From: Auanema rhodensis
Lineage: Eukaryota; Animalia; Nematoda
Length of the DNA stretch: 64,000 bases
Reading direction: 5' to 3'
Assembly (NCBI GenBank): GCA_964057225.1
Contig: OZ059894.1
Coordinates: 13,454,001 to 13,518,000, forward strand
In this document: positions 12,162 through 25,400 of the stretch, one piece after another
Layout of the letters: each line of letters begins with the position of its first letter
Numbering within the stretch: the first letter of the stretch is position 1
The notes under the pieces: generated by a model
What the model was told of the DNA's origin: nothing
Databases searched by the model: none
What the model saw: only the letters and a program-made list of their open reading frames with translations
Position numbers and translations under genes: made by a program

Positions 12162-13570
12162 TCATCCAACTCCAATTCCACTGCCTACTCCGATCGGACC
12201 TGATCCAGGAGCTTTAACACCAACTCCACCACTAACTCCTACGATACCATTTCCATTTTTGCCTGTTCCCATACCTCGTCGGTATTGTTCTGGTTGACTT
12301 GCACCCATGATACCCAAATCAAGACCTAAAGTGTTTTTATTTACAAAATGAAGAAAAAATTTTGATACCTAGATCGACACCAACACTTTCACCCATTCCA
12401 GGTATAGGACCAACATCAACGCCCCATCCAACACCAACTTCCATTCCTGGTACTGCTCCGACACCGAATCCAAATTTGCCACTAACACCAACATGTCCAA
12501 TCTAAACATCGTTGAATTTTTATCGATATATACATCTGCTTCTTTTTTACTCCTTTGCTATCAGGTGGCGCTCCCAGTCGGGGTCCAGGAAGTTGATGAA
12601 CATTAGGCACTTGGCAAAATGTTGAATAATCCTACAATAATGAAATACTTTCAATTAAAAATTAGCAGATTTTTAAATACTTTACAAAATTCAACCAAAT
12701 CAACTCGAAGTGGTTTACTCGGTTGACATGTGAAAGCAAAATTTCCTCTTAAATCAGAGCAAAACCTTTGATCTTTAGGATGCAACCCAGGATAAACTCT
12801 AAAAGTGAAATTTTTTTGAAATTATCAAAAAAAAAATTACGTGTATAAAGATGATTGTTTTCTTCGATTTTGTTCTTCATAATATTGTTGCCTTTTATAA
12901 GAATAATATTCATTTAAACTATGAAAGTGTGTTCTTTTTTTCTTTTCCGATTGATGTTGTGGAGATCTGAGCCAAGAGCCTTATGGTACGAGAGGTAGAC
13001 AATCAAACCTGGTAGTTATATCATCAAATGGATTGATATCGTCAACATCTTTTGTGCTTGAAATGGAACCACCAGCTTCTTCTTCGTCCGCTAACTCTTT
13101 TAGTCTTTGATGAGTTAACCCACCACTATCTATACTTCTTGACGTCAATTCTAAATTCTCAGTTTTTGTATTCGAATGTGGTTTTGGTTGAAGTTTTAAG
13201 TTTTTATTGAAATCAAGTTCTTTTTTTTTACTAAAAGAACTAATCAATACTAAATTATTTAATATTGAGAATTACAAAATAAACTTACTCTTCTGTAAAG
13301 ATGATCGACATGTAGAAAGATGTGGCTCTGCTTTACACAATTCTTCTTTTGAAATTGATAAAAAATCTTGTGCTTCTATAATTAAAATTAAAAAAGTGTT
13401 ATTAAGATATTAATTGAAATATTATTAATAATAATTTTATAAAATTCATATAATCTTTATATAATAAAAACCTTAAAAATATGATAAATTAATAATAGTT
13501 ATTTCTTACCGGATAAAGAGGAAAAAACAAAAATTCCAATAAAATAACAAAGAAGTTTGTGATTTAGCAT
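12162..13570 (-). CDS. Secreted nematode protein with small Cys motifs and a Gly/Val-rich C-terminus; about 8 exons
   Basis: Signal peptide MLNHKLLCYFIGIFVFSSLS; LCKAEPHLSTC; RFCSDLRGNFAFTC...EFCKDYSTFC; tail GHVGVSGKFGFGVG...GVGSGIGVG*. Splice phases are consistent. Confidence 0.8.
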
Positions 13571-14941
13571 GTGTTGATGTGTATCTGTTTTCAGTTAAAG
13601 GAAAATTGGGTGGAACAGGTAGGGAAAAAGAAGAGATGGGAAAATGACAATGATTATTACAGCGAAAAAGTGATTGGCAAATCAGAAAAGAATCTTGTTG
13701 AAAGTGTTCTGAAGACAATGAAGAAGCTTAAAGAACTTTTTTCACGATAAGTCTCGAGAAAACCGTTGAAAATACAAGTTTTCTTGATTCGTTTTCTTAA
13801 GTAAATTTCTTTTTATTGCAAATGTATCAATTTTTCGAATTTCTGATGCTTACGCAACTAACAAGTCTGTTGGTATTCTCAACTCTTCTCAACAACTCAA
13901 CTCTCTTCATCATATTATTCAAGATTTATATGATCACAGATTCTTTCTTCTGTACTTGATTGGAAATTTCTTAATTTCACGAATACATCGTTTTGTGGAC
14001 TGTTTGTATAAATCAACATCTTTATTTAGATCAAACTATACAAGAATTAAAAATAATATCGACATAAGCATATACATATGTGTCTGTATCCTTTTATATA
14101 TAAATTTTTCGGGTACCCGGTATTTAGTGTCGGACCGCACGTACACCGATCGAACCATATCTTCATATGAACCACTTTTGCAAACACTCTTCTAAAAAAC
14201 AAATGTATTGAGCAATGGCAGACTTTATTTTTTAAATCTCAATAAGGTGACATTGCATCGCAAAAATATTAGTATAAATGGAGCAGAATCGCTCATGCTG
14301 GACTATGTTCCTGAATAAATCCCTGGTGTTAAATATCCTTTCAAGATCTCTACTAGTATCATGGCACGACAAAACATTTTTGAATTGAGATTTGGTACTT
14401 AGAAAGAATCAAAAAAAAAGAAAAAAATCCAATGTATCGTTATTGTATGTTATCATTCACTAAATTTTGTCCTTTGATATGGTAAGATCTTTATTATTGT
14501 TTTCATAATTAAAATATTTTCTTAAATAAGAATGTTCATATTCGTATACATTATTATAAAATTGAAAAAGTAAAAGTGAAGTCTAGCATCTAGATCATTT
14601 TTGGAAAAACAGAAGAATAATCAGAAAATGTCTGTATGCAATAATGAAAAAAAGAAAATGGTTCTTTTCAATGTCGTTAAAGGTCATCTAAGTTAGTAGT
14701 ATACATTATATCTCATAAATATTTGTTCATTATCCAATGCACAAAAATGTTTTAGAAAAGTTTTTGTGAAAATAAAAACAAAATAGGGTCTCACAACGAT
14801 AGAAATAATAACAACGGTTTCTGAGGGCAAAATTGGACTGAAGAAGACGAGGATTGATGGCAGACTAAGGAACATTTTCTTCCTGTAGTCTACGTCTGCA
14901 CGCATACATTCGATACCCGAATTGTTAAACATATTGGAGAG

Positions 14942-14944
<3 letters not shown>

Positions 14945-14996
<52 letters not shown>

Positions 14997-15101
14997 GGAG
15001 AGAGAGAGAAAGAAAAAGAGAGAGAGAGAGTGAGGGAAAAAGAAAGAAAGGTAGAAAAATAGATTGAGAGGGAAAGAAAGAGAGAGAGAGTGAGAGAGAG
15101 C
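14945..15101. repeat. (GA)n microsatellite / purine tract
   Basis: Perfect AG run of about 46 nt followed by degenerate GA/GAA repeats. Confidence 0.95.
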
Positions 15102-15437
15102 AAAAAAAGGTGAAAAGTACGGTATAAAGAAGAAATGATAATTTCAGTTCACAATAATAAGCTTAATGACAATGAATAATAACTTAAAGGTCATCCTAAT
15201 TACGTGTTATGTAGATGACATTTGTAAAATCACAGGAAGAAAACAAGACTGAATGGAATGAACAACAGCTGCAACATAAGCTTTGATATTAAGCTCGAGT
15301 TTTCATTGTTGCATGAATAATAAAACATGTCAGAAGAGTGTAGTTTACATTATACTGGCTGATTAAATAATCTTATGTGAAAATATAAGTAGTAGATAAT
15401 AGAAGAGTTGATCAATCGATCTTAGGAATCATGTTGC

Positions 15438-16442
15438 TCAAAGATTGACTAAAAGCCTAGTCCATGAAGTTGCCATAGTTAAGAACATTAGAACTGTTGG
15501 CGGTGGATGTCTGGAGCTTTTGACTACTTCAGGATCAACCTATATTATATGAGATGAGTAATTATAAGTTAATATAAATAGAAATACCTTATTAACTTTC
15601 TCCTTTTCATCTTTTCTATCGTATTCATCAAAATCAACTGGAACAAGATCTGGAATATTGTTATATTTTAAAGAATAGTATATGTTTATATGTATATACC
15701 ATCATCTTCTTCATCACCTTCTTTTCCAGAAGTAAACAGATCAGTTTTATCTGCACCAGGAAATAAGAGATTGTCTGGTGGTGGGGCAGCTCCATTCTAA
15801 ATATATATTTCATAACTGATAATAAACAAAATACGTACACTATCATCACCATCATCTTCTTCACCGTCTAATTTTGGGTTCTCATAGTCGACAAGTGGAT
15901 TCTGTTTCAAAAACTGAGCATCAGGAAGCAAAGGTGCTAGTGGGTCTTCTAAAAATTTGAAACAAACATTTGTGTAAAGGGTAAATGTAGATAACTCACC
16001 TACAGCTCCTCTTCGATCAACTAATTTATTACAATAATCAGTTTGGCACATACAATGTTTGCTTTTACCGTCTGGCTCTAACCAACATCCGTTTTTCTGC
16101 TTATTTTCTTTATCTGAAATGTTTAACTCTAATAAAAAATAAGAGTTGAATAGCTCATTCAGATGAAATCTTTCGTAAAATGAAGAACGAAAATATCACC
16201 TTTCATAGCTAATAAACAAAAGGCAGTAGATGTCTTGTTATCTCCATTTTCAACTAAAAATAACCAGATAAATGATGGAAAATATAAAATTTTCATTTAC
16301 AAATCATGCAGGCAACTCCTTGACAATTGCGTTCTTTGGTGCATTCTTGGTGGTCGGGACCAGTGTTATAGCAATCATAACAAGTCAGGGTTAAAGATAG
16401 AGATATGCAAGTAATTACGAATAAGATGATATTTCGGAGCAT
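15438..16442 (-). CDS. Ly6/uPAR (LU, three-finger) domain protein with acidic linker and hydrophobic C-terminus (possible GPI signal)
   Basis: Signal MLRNIILFVITCISLS; LTCYDC...EC...NCQGVAC...FC...GC...HCMCQTDYCN (10 Cys, CN terminus); DGEEDDGDD and GEEGDEEDD linkers; ends PTVLMFLTMATSWTRLLVNL*. ATG directly follows ttttag. Confidence 0.85.
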
Positions 16443-19400
16443 CTAAAAATAATTATTTGCTTTTTGTTCACAAACAAGAAAAAAGAAACTTCAAAAAAGA
16501 AAAAATGAAAAAAAAACGAAAATAAAATAATATTTTAAATGTACAACATACTGGAACAATAAAAAATTAGAAGCAGATCAACGTTCTCTTTACTAGCTCG
16601 TGAATAAATACAGGTGCCAAGTACTGATGAATAAGTTTGACAGTTAAATATGGCGAGTTAAATAGAAGTAAATAGACTATATCATTACTTTTTCATTTAA
16701 AAACTACATTTTTAGTTCGGAACAATGAGCTTCTTACAAAAAAATTTGGTCTTCGTTGATCTTCTGACGAACACGGACTGTGGAGGTCAGCTTGTATAGC
16801 GGAGCAAGCTCCTTTGTGTTGATCTTGCGACTGATCGTCTTCACGTGGGTTGCTTCAATTTCCCTAACGCCTAGCCCCTGCTTTTTTCCCACCTCTGAGA
16901 TCATATGGTAACGGTAATAGTTTATTGCACCTTATTTGAATGAATTTAGTAATATGAGAAGAGTATTAGAAATGAAGCCATAATGAGGGAAACAATTGAT
17001 AATGACAAATAGAATAATAAAGATATTAAAATTAAAAAGTAAATATAAGCTAAAGTAGTAAAAATACTGATTGAAAATCAGTGACCGATGAAGTTAACTG
17101 ATAATCGTTCAACTTTCTCTTGGACTTATGTAAATAAGTTTTATAAGCAGTTCAATTCTGTGATAAAGTATCAGATTAGCGTAAGATTTTGGTAAGTCCG
17201 AGTACAAAATGAATAAAAAGGAAGATGTGAGAAGAAAAAATGGCTCTGCCGTTAGATCTGAATTATAATACGATGGATTCATCACACTGTTATTCTCATT
17301 TATGTGTAGCTCCTTTGCTCAAGTGTTAATCCAGTTTAATGAGATAAAAACGACTAAGCTTATTACAGATACTCTTCGAGAATATTATGACGTCAGTTGT
17401 ATTTCGTCTGGTGTTGTCATCAGCCAGTCATCATCAAACTAGAGGTATCATTACTAAGTCATCACATCATCCGCTTTGTCATCAATAATGCTTAGAAGAG
17501 CAAGGAAATAGAGAAGAACATGTGTGATGGAGAAGAGAGACAACTGTATTTTCAGGAGCAAAATAAATAAAAATTCTATTAAAGTGTTTGTTCATAATTG
17601 CTTTTAATTTTGTTTATCACACTCAATTTCCTAATATTTTCTCTAATTTCTTCATCACAATCCTAATCTATCATACGTGAAACGTTCACGTGAAAGTACA
17701 CGTATCACAATCATGGCAGAGAACGGTTGCATACTTCATTTTTCTCTTTTTCAACTTTTTTAAAATAATATCATATCATAGCACAACGAAATTCACGCAT
17801 TTATCATTTTTCAATATGAAATCGATATGAATATTATATATTTATGATAATTTCTGAACTTATTATCTTAGAATTATAATAAGATAGAAATACATATGTA
17901 CATTGTTCAAAGATTTGGAATGTAGCTTAGACATTCAATAACAAAAAATTTTCGATTGTTTTAAAATCTTAAAAATATTATAAATGTAGAATATAAGTCA
18001 AATAGAGAACAAATTAAATTGGGCAATAAACTTATTTTGCAAGTCTTGTATTTCTAATTTTGATAAATTTATAGTAATATGAACAGAAACATTCTAAAGA
18101 TTTATAATACAAAATTTTAGAGTTCAATGCTGAGCATATATCTATTTGATTATTCAAAAATAATAATATAAGAATAAAAATGTATTTATTAACTTTGAAA
18201 TTAGTTTCACCATAGATCATTTAGCTTCAACTATTCATCAACTTTTCACAAAATCTTGAGATTTCGCGAAAATGTTGAGATTAAGGTAAGGAATAATTCA
18301 TTTGTATTCCAGAGAAATCGTCCAATAATAAGTGAATAATATATTATATAAATTATAAACTTTATCTTATTTTTTTCTAAAAAATGATTTTTACATATTC
18401 TCACGAATTCTAGAAAATAATTACAAAAAAAAAAGAAAAATTTCTCTTCAAAAAAATAAAGAGAGCAGGTAGAAATTGTCTTCATTCATAGTATAAGTAA
18501 TATAGTTTTTTATGAGAATTTATATAAGAGCGCTTGAAATGCTAACCTTATTAAGTTGTTAGAAAAATTTAAATCGAATAGCCTAACTTCTTCTTTTTAA
18601 GTAAACTTGTTTTTAATTCAAGTTGAACTGGTCTAGAACGTAGGAATAACTGAAAAAAAATGTTTGTTCAACTGGAATCTTTGAAATATTCGAAGAGTTT
18701 ATTGCTCATAAATCAGTGAAATTTTAAAAATTTGATGAACATGAAGAACTTATTGAAATATGATAGCATGGTACCAACATTCATGACTTATTTCAAAAAA
18801 GAAAGAAGTAAGTTAAGAATTTGAAAGCATTTTGAACCAAGATTAATATATGAAGTAAAAGAAGATTTTTAAAAGATGAGATAAAAGTTATTTTTCGGTA
18901 ATTTTGGGGAATGTAGAGATTGAGATGGGTCAAATGTGGTTTATTTGCTCGGGTAAGAAGAGAGAAACGAGAGAATAGTCAACAGAAAGTGTCGTTTGTT
19001 GATGTTGTTTTCATGTTTTGAAAACGAAAAAACATAAGAACTATAAATATTTTTCAAAATTTACTGAAAGTAATTGATAAGAAAATCATAATTGGAAAAA
19101 CTAGCTGAGTGCTTGAAATTGCTGCTCAAATAGCACAAAGAGAAACTATATGGAGAGCACTGATTCCGTTTTTTTGGAATGTAAGCAGGGTGTTTCTATC
19201 TTCTAACTGGTTCAAAAGAGATATTTCTGTTTGTTTTCAACATCAATTGTGCTCCATCTATAGAAAACAACAAACGAAGAAATAGAAATGGAAAAGTTAG
19301 AAACAAATTGTGTGAAAAAACGATGCTTTAAATTGAACAAGTCAAAACGAAACATGTTTCACTCATATTTTCACATTTTTTCGTATTGAAAATTAACAGA

Positions 19401-22400
19401 AATGATTAATATGTATAATACAATAAACAACTTAACGAGATATTTAATTATGTTAATTATTAATCAAATTATTATATTAGGAATTATAGTTTATATTTAA
19501 AAATAGACCAAGTAATATTTATAATATAATATAATATATACATATTTATCTATGTATATATTTTGTAAAAGCTTACTAGCTTAAAATACTTAAACTTGAT
19601 TGTTTTGCTATTAACTAAAACAAACTCTGCAGTTTACAGCTATTATAAAAAAATTACATGAAATCTTATGAATATAGAGCCTGTGACGAAGTAAAATGAA
19701 AAATGAATACATTCAAAAATTCAAATTGACAAAAGAAGATTTGGATATTTGTTGAAGCTTATACTTTATACTTACGATATTTCTCTCCGACTCTTTAATA
19801 CCTAGTAATATATATATATATAAACGAAATGTTATAATGACGGAAGAAATTCGATAACTATTTAAAGAAAAATGTTGGAAGTTGTGTCTGAGTCTAGTGT
19901 TCACGGAGTATAATTCGAAAGAACTTGAAAGAAGAAGGTAAAAAAAAAATCAAAATATCGAGAGAAAAGGAGAGAATAAGATAAAGGATGGCATGAAGCA
20001 ACATTCCAAGGCTTAACGAGATGTCACGGACAATCGAGTGATGGATGATCCATGTGAAGATGAGATAAGCTCGTACATCTCATTTTTTTAAATCTCAGCT
20101 CTTCTTTTATTTATTTTTGGAAGAAAATTTAATTTAAATGTAATATATAAAAGTAGATAAATGGAAATTGAGTATAAATTATAATGAAATATTTGGTTTA
20201 TTATAAAAAAGTAAGAAAAGAAACAAGATTATATAAATTTAAAGTGACATTCATCCCTAAGTTATTAATACTATAAACAAATTGAAATTATGAAAAAGTT
20301 TTACTTGAGCTAATTTAAACATAAAATGTTTTACAAATACAAAAAAAATTTATAAAAAATGAAAAATGTATTTGAAAAAAAGTCTTCAAAATGAAGAAAA
20401 AGTAACGGGTCCTGTAGAAGGTCAATAATACACTAGAAACACCAGAGAGAGGAAAAAAAGAAAATCCTGTATACATAAATGAAACAGCAGAATGAGCCGA
20501 AGCCTCCCCACCCCTTTTTCCCACTCAAAGCACCTATCAGAGAAAAGAATAAAAAGAAAAATACTTGATTACCAATAACAGATGAACGAAATACTTTCAA
20601 AACATAAGTGAATATCAGAAAATGAATAAGATCAACGTACACAATGTCTGTTCATCCATTATTGAAACTAACACGACTGCTACTAGAAGACGACGTAATT
20701 TCTGACCCGATTAACGATTTTAACAAACGAGGTCTCTGAGTGAACAGAGCTTATCCGTTCTGCTCCTATTTTTCAAAATCTACTGGATCTCAAACAGTGA
20801 TATTCTTGTTTATCTGTGATCCTGCTTGAATACACAGTTCATTGAATTGTTGTCATAACTGATATCTCACATATATATGTATTTATTTTGCTCTAATATA
20901 TAAGAGTTGACTTATTTTTCCTTAGATAATTCAATCTATGAACTCGTTATTCGTGTGAATTTAGCATATTTGAGTATATTCAAGAATTGTATACGATCCC
21001 GGAGAAAAAAGAATAGAATTCAATAGTAGCTATTGTTTGAAGTTTAGAAAAAATAAATAAGTTAATCAAACGGGAACGAGACGACATCAGATGAAGTTTA
21101 GAAGAATTCTCAGATCACATGGAAATCTAATAAATGAAGAAGAAGAAACTTGTGTTGCAAAAAGAGAAGATTCGATCAAGTGCACATGAACAAGTATAAG
21201 AATGATTTTCTTAACTTGAAAGGTTTGACCTTTATGAACTTCACATATTTTTTCTGTCAATCGAACACTTGGAACATGGAAACGATGGTAGCGACAATGA
21301 AGGAAAAAATCAAATGATGATGGCATATCAAATTAACTCGACCAAATATGGTCTTGTGTGGAAATAAGAATGAAAATTAGATAACTGACAAAGACGAAAG
21401 AAGTGAAAGACAAAACATCGTAAGATACAAGGACGGACGATTAGAACGTATACAGCATTGTTGGTCATTCCCACACACCTACTCTCAAATACTAAGGAGC
21501 AATTAACAGTTTAAGCATAGTTACCATGAATTATTCTATACACCGAATGAATAGAGAATACTAAAGGTGTTTGAAACAAAATTGCAATATGTTCGAAACG
21601 AAATTCAAAGAAGGTTTAAGTGGACGTTGAACCAATAGGTAGTATGTTCATTATGCTCTTGAGATAAAGAGAAATAAGATTGAAAATTCAAGTGGCTTTG
21701 CTCAGATGGTCTAGAGCAGCATTTCCATGATTTCGAATTTGTCAACTAATTAAAATTTGCTAATTAAAAGCGAATAAATGAAATATTTGCAAATAAAATA
21801 CAAATAAAATAAAGAAAATTAGAAACATATATACATCTAAATACAAAGTTATATAATGAAAAATGGAGTTTAGTTTGTTTGAAACACAAAATACATAGAA
21901 TTCCCATCTATGTTCATTGATATAGATGTAAAATATAATTGACAGTTCTGTGAACTTCCGTTTGCTGTGCAACGGCACTGCAACGATGATAATCTATCAT
22001 TTATCAAAAAGATAAAAAGTAGAAATATTGAATGAACAATATGAATAGATAGATAATCTATAGAATTTTTCATCGTTAATGAATCACTATGGTTTAGTTC
22101 AAAATTCAGTAATAAATTGGGATTATTTTTATATAAATTAGCAGCCATTGACAATTATTGAGATAAAATAATAGAAAATGTTACATCTAAGTGCTGAGCT
22201 CAAATATAATTAGAATTATCAAAAATAAAAGGAATGTGATTTCGAAGCTTTTCATTTGGCCAAATTTTTTCAAATTTGGCGTCTACAAGACTATTGTTTA
22301 GAAAAATTTAAACATTTCACAACTTTTTCTTCTGTGAGCATCGTTTTTTTCAAAGGATGCTCAGAAAAAAGGATAGAAGAATGACAGCTGTCTTTTTCAC

Positions 22401-25400
22401 TAACAAAATGAGTGCATAAATCACAGAAATTTACAAAAAATGAAAAATTCTCAAAACTTTTTTTCAGTTTGTATTAAAAAAGCAATGAACTGTTGATTTA
22501 ATTTTAACTGAGAAATTTAAAGATATTGTTGGCTGCTCAAGTTAAACCATTTTTTACATTTTTTTTTCAGAAAAAAGTTATTTTCTCGTACTCCAATCTA
22601 TGTATTTCTATTTTTAAATTATATTAATAAAAAATTGAATATACAGATTCAATTTTGACTTATAATTTCATTCTAAATAGAAAAAAAAACAAAAGCAATG
22701 CTAGCAATAAGTAAGTTTTCAAAAATTAAATTTGAATACAAATTATTTCTTATCAAGTGAAATTGAAGAGGTGAAGAAAAAATTTAAAATTAATAAAACG
22801 AATTGACAAATCTGTAAAACTATACAAGCTTTATATGGTTGAGAATTGACAAACATTTAAATTTTATATCAAAACATTAGTATAGTAAAATAAAATATTA
22901 TTCTAATCTATGGAATATAAAGAATCAAAATTTTATAAAAAAATATTTATTTTGTATTCAACCGCTCAGATATTAGTAAACAACAGAATAAATTAATTGT
23001 ATGGATATTTCACGTGAACTTTAAGTTAATATTATGCAAAATAAAAGTTTTAAGTTGGCCATACTCGAACATTTAGATTTTGATTTTTAAGTGTTTTTTT
23101 TTGTTGGAAAAAATCGAAGAATTAGTATATTCTTCATTTAAGCTAAGAACGGCATGGAAGTTGTATACAAACTATGGTACATTTGAATGTTCAAAGAACA
23201 TTTTTGTAAAAAATTATAAAACAAATTGATCACATGTTCGATGAAAAATATTAAATATATAATTTTTTATAATCAAAAAACAAGATAATTGATTAATTTA
23301 ATCTCACATTTCTAGTATGTTCGTGATTTCCATTTTGAAGTTATTATCTTTATTGAAATCTTATGGTTTAACCATTACAGCTCGAAGTTATACAAGGGAT
23401 AGTGAAACTATTTGAAAAAGAAAAACCGTAATGTGCACAAAGCTGAAATGAGAAATGGGATGAACATGCGACTTCTAGAAACTGAAGATCATCTGGTCTT
23501 AAAGGGCAACAACGAAACTGTTGAGGTTAAAATCAACAAGCAAACAAGACATCGAACAGAAGTGAGTGCGAAGCTAAGAATTAGGAGGAGAAGAAGAAGA
23601 GTAGAAACGAAGGAATACAGAGAGTGGATGATGGAGAGCGCACTAGGGAAAAAGTGCCGGAGAGAAAAAGTGAAAGAAGCATGAAAAAACGAGAGAGTTA
23701 AGAGCTTCAGGGAGAATATACAGAATTTGAAGATAAGCACGAACAGATGCTCAGGTAAAATCTAAATATGGCTTTTCGTTATATAAAACAGAACTGCTCG
23801 CTAAGATGAGCTGATGAGCGAATAGAGTGCGCTTGTGAAAAGATGAAAAAAGAGGGAAATATATTGAGAGAAAATTGCTCTTAGACGACAAAATGAATAC
23901 GTATACACACACACACATATATATTATATATTATATATTTAATAGAAGTATGTGATGAGTTCATTTTGAACAAAAGACAACAATATTCGTTATGTTTGGG
24001 TTGGTAAAGCTCATGAGAAATAAACAATATTCAATATTACCAGACTGAACAGACTGAAGAAAACGGCTAAACTTGCCTAATTGCACATTGAAAAAGTCGC
24101 AGAAATAAAAATTTAAAGAAAGAAAAATAGAAGTTGAAGAAGAGAAAGAGAGAAAAGAAAAGAAAAGAAGTGAAGAGAATTGAGAGAGATTTTGATATAA
24201 ATTTTATATATGATATATAATCTTTGAGTTTTCAAGTGGTCTGAAGCTGTTTTTTGAACATAGTCCTCAAGTGGTGAATACAAAGGTATGTCACAAAATC
24301 TTTTATAATAAGTTGTGGTTTGAAAAAACTTAGATAAAAGACTCTTGATACTTGAAGAGACAAATGAATGAATGAAGATATAGCAAAAAATGAGATTACT
24401 GATGAAAATGAAGACAAAAACATAAATGAATGTTTGCTATTTAAAAATTTGAAAAAAATAAATAAGTAGTGCTTGAAATAACTAATAATTTGAGTTGAAC
24501 ATCCACTGGTCATTAGTATCTTTTCCAAGTTCTTTATCTTATTGTCTTGTTGCCTGGATGTAGAACCATGGGATAGATGTGAGAGATTAATCACCATATG
24601 CTTGAATACTTTAATATTTTTGCATTTGTTCTGTGTCATATTAAACTTTTGAAAAGGAAAAGAAGAGAAAATGATGATTGAGCATCAGCTGTTCAGATGT
24701 TCATGAGATGACAAGAAATATATTTATATGAACAATCATTAAAGTGTTAAAATATGCAAAACAATAGAAGATAACTATAAAATCTTAATAATTCATATAT
24801 TTGTCTTATAAATAGTTACAGTTAATTTATAATTTATTTAAATTTCTTTTAAGACGTCCAAATGGTAATATTTTTTAGTTTTGAGATGCTAACGGAAGTC
24901 AACAAATCATTCGTTTAGATTATTTTGAAAATAGGTTTGAGTTACATATCCGTTTGGCAAGGTAACAGATCAAAATTCGAACGTTAAAGAATAGAATTTC
25001 ATATCTTTCCCCAATACTTACTACTTCAAAAAGTAAAAAAAAAACTTTAAAATATGAACAGCATGAACATTTTTGGGCATACATCTAGAGAAACGTTTAA
25101 AAAAGGAATTCGAAATGACTTCTTGGAAGGACAACCAAAAAAATGAGAGTTTAGCAAGAAAGAACTGAAGATAAGGCCAATAAAATGACCATTTGTAAGA
25201 ATGTCCACAATATAAAAAGAAAGCTTTTAGCTCACAAAAGTTGTTCGTTACCTTCATCTATTAGTACTGAGCGATTAGCACTCACTTAAAAAGGTTCCAT
25301 TCATTGGCTAGTTTTGTGCGTTTTCGTTTTTAGTTGACTGAAGAATCGTGAAACTTGCGTATTATATAGTTTTTGCTAATAGATTAATAATTTATTTATT

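Noticed and set aside
14693-15103. SLSLSL-type ORFs (also at 28196, 42905, 44465, 47746, 61558)
   Set aside because: Produced by CT/GA microsatellites.
16896-16917. TGAGATCAT, a bantam/mir-80-family seed
   Set aside because: No complementary arm on either side, so no pre-miRNA hairpin.
23412-23740. Overlapping 90-aa and 83-aa ORFs in the gene-poor region
   Set aside because: Low-complexity purine-rich sequence with no splice structure or recognisable domain.
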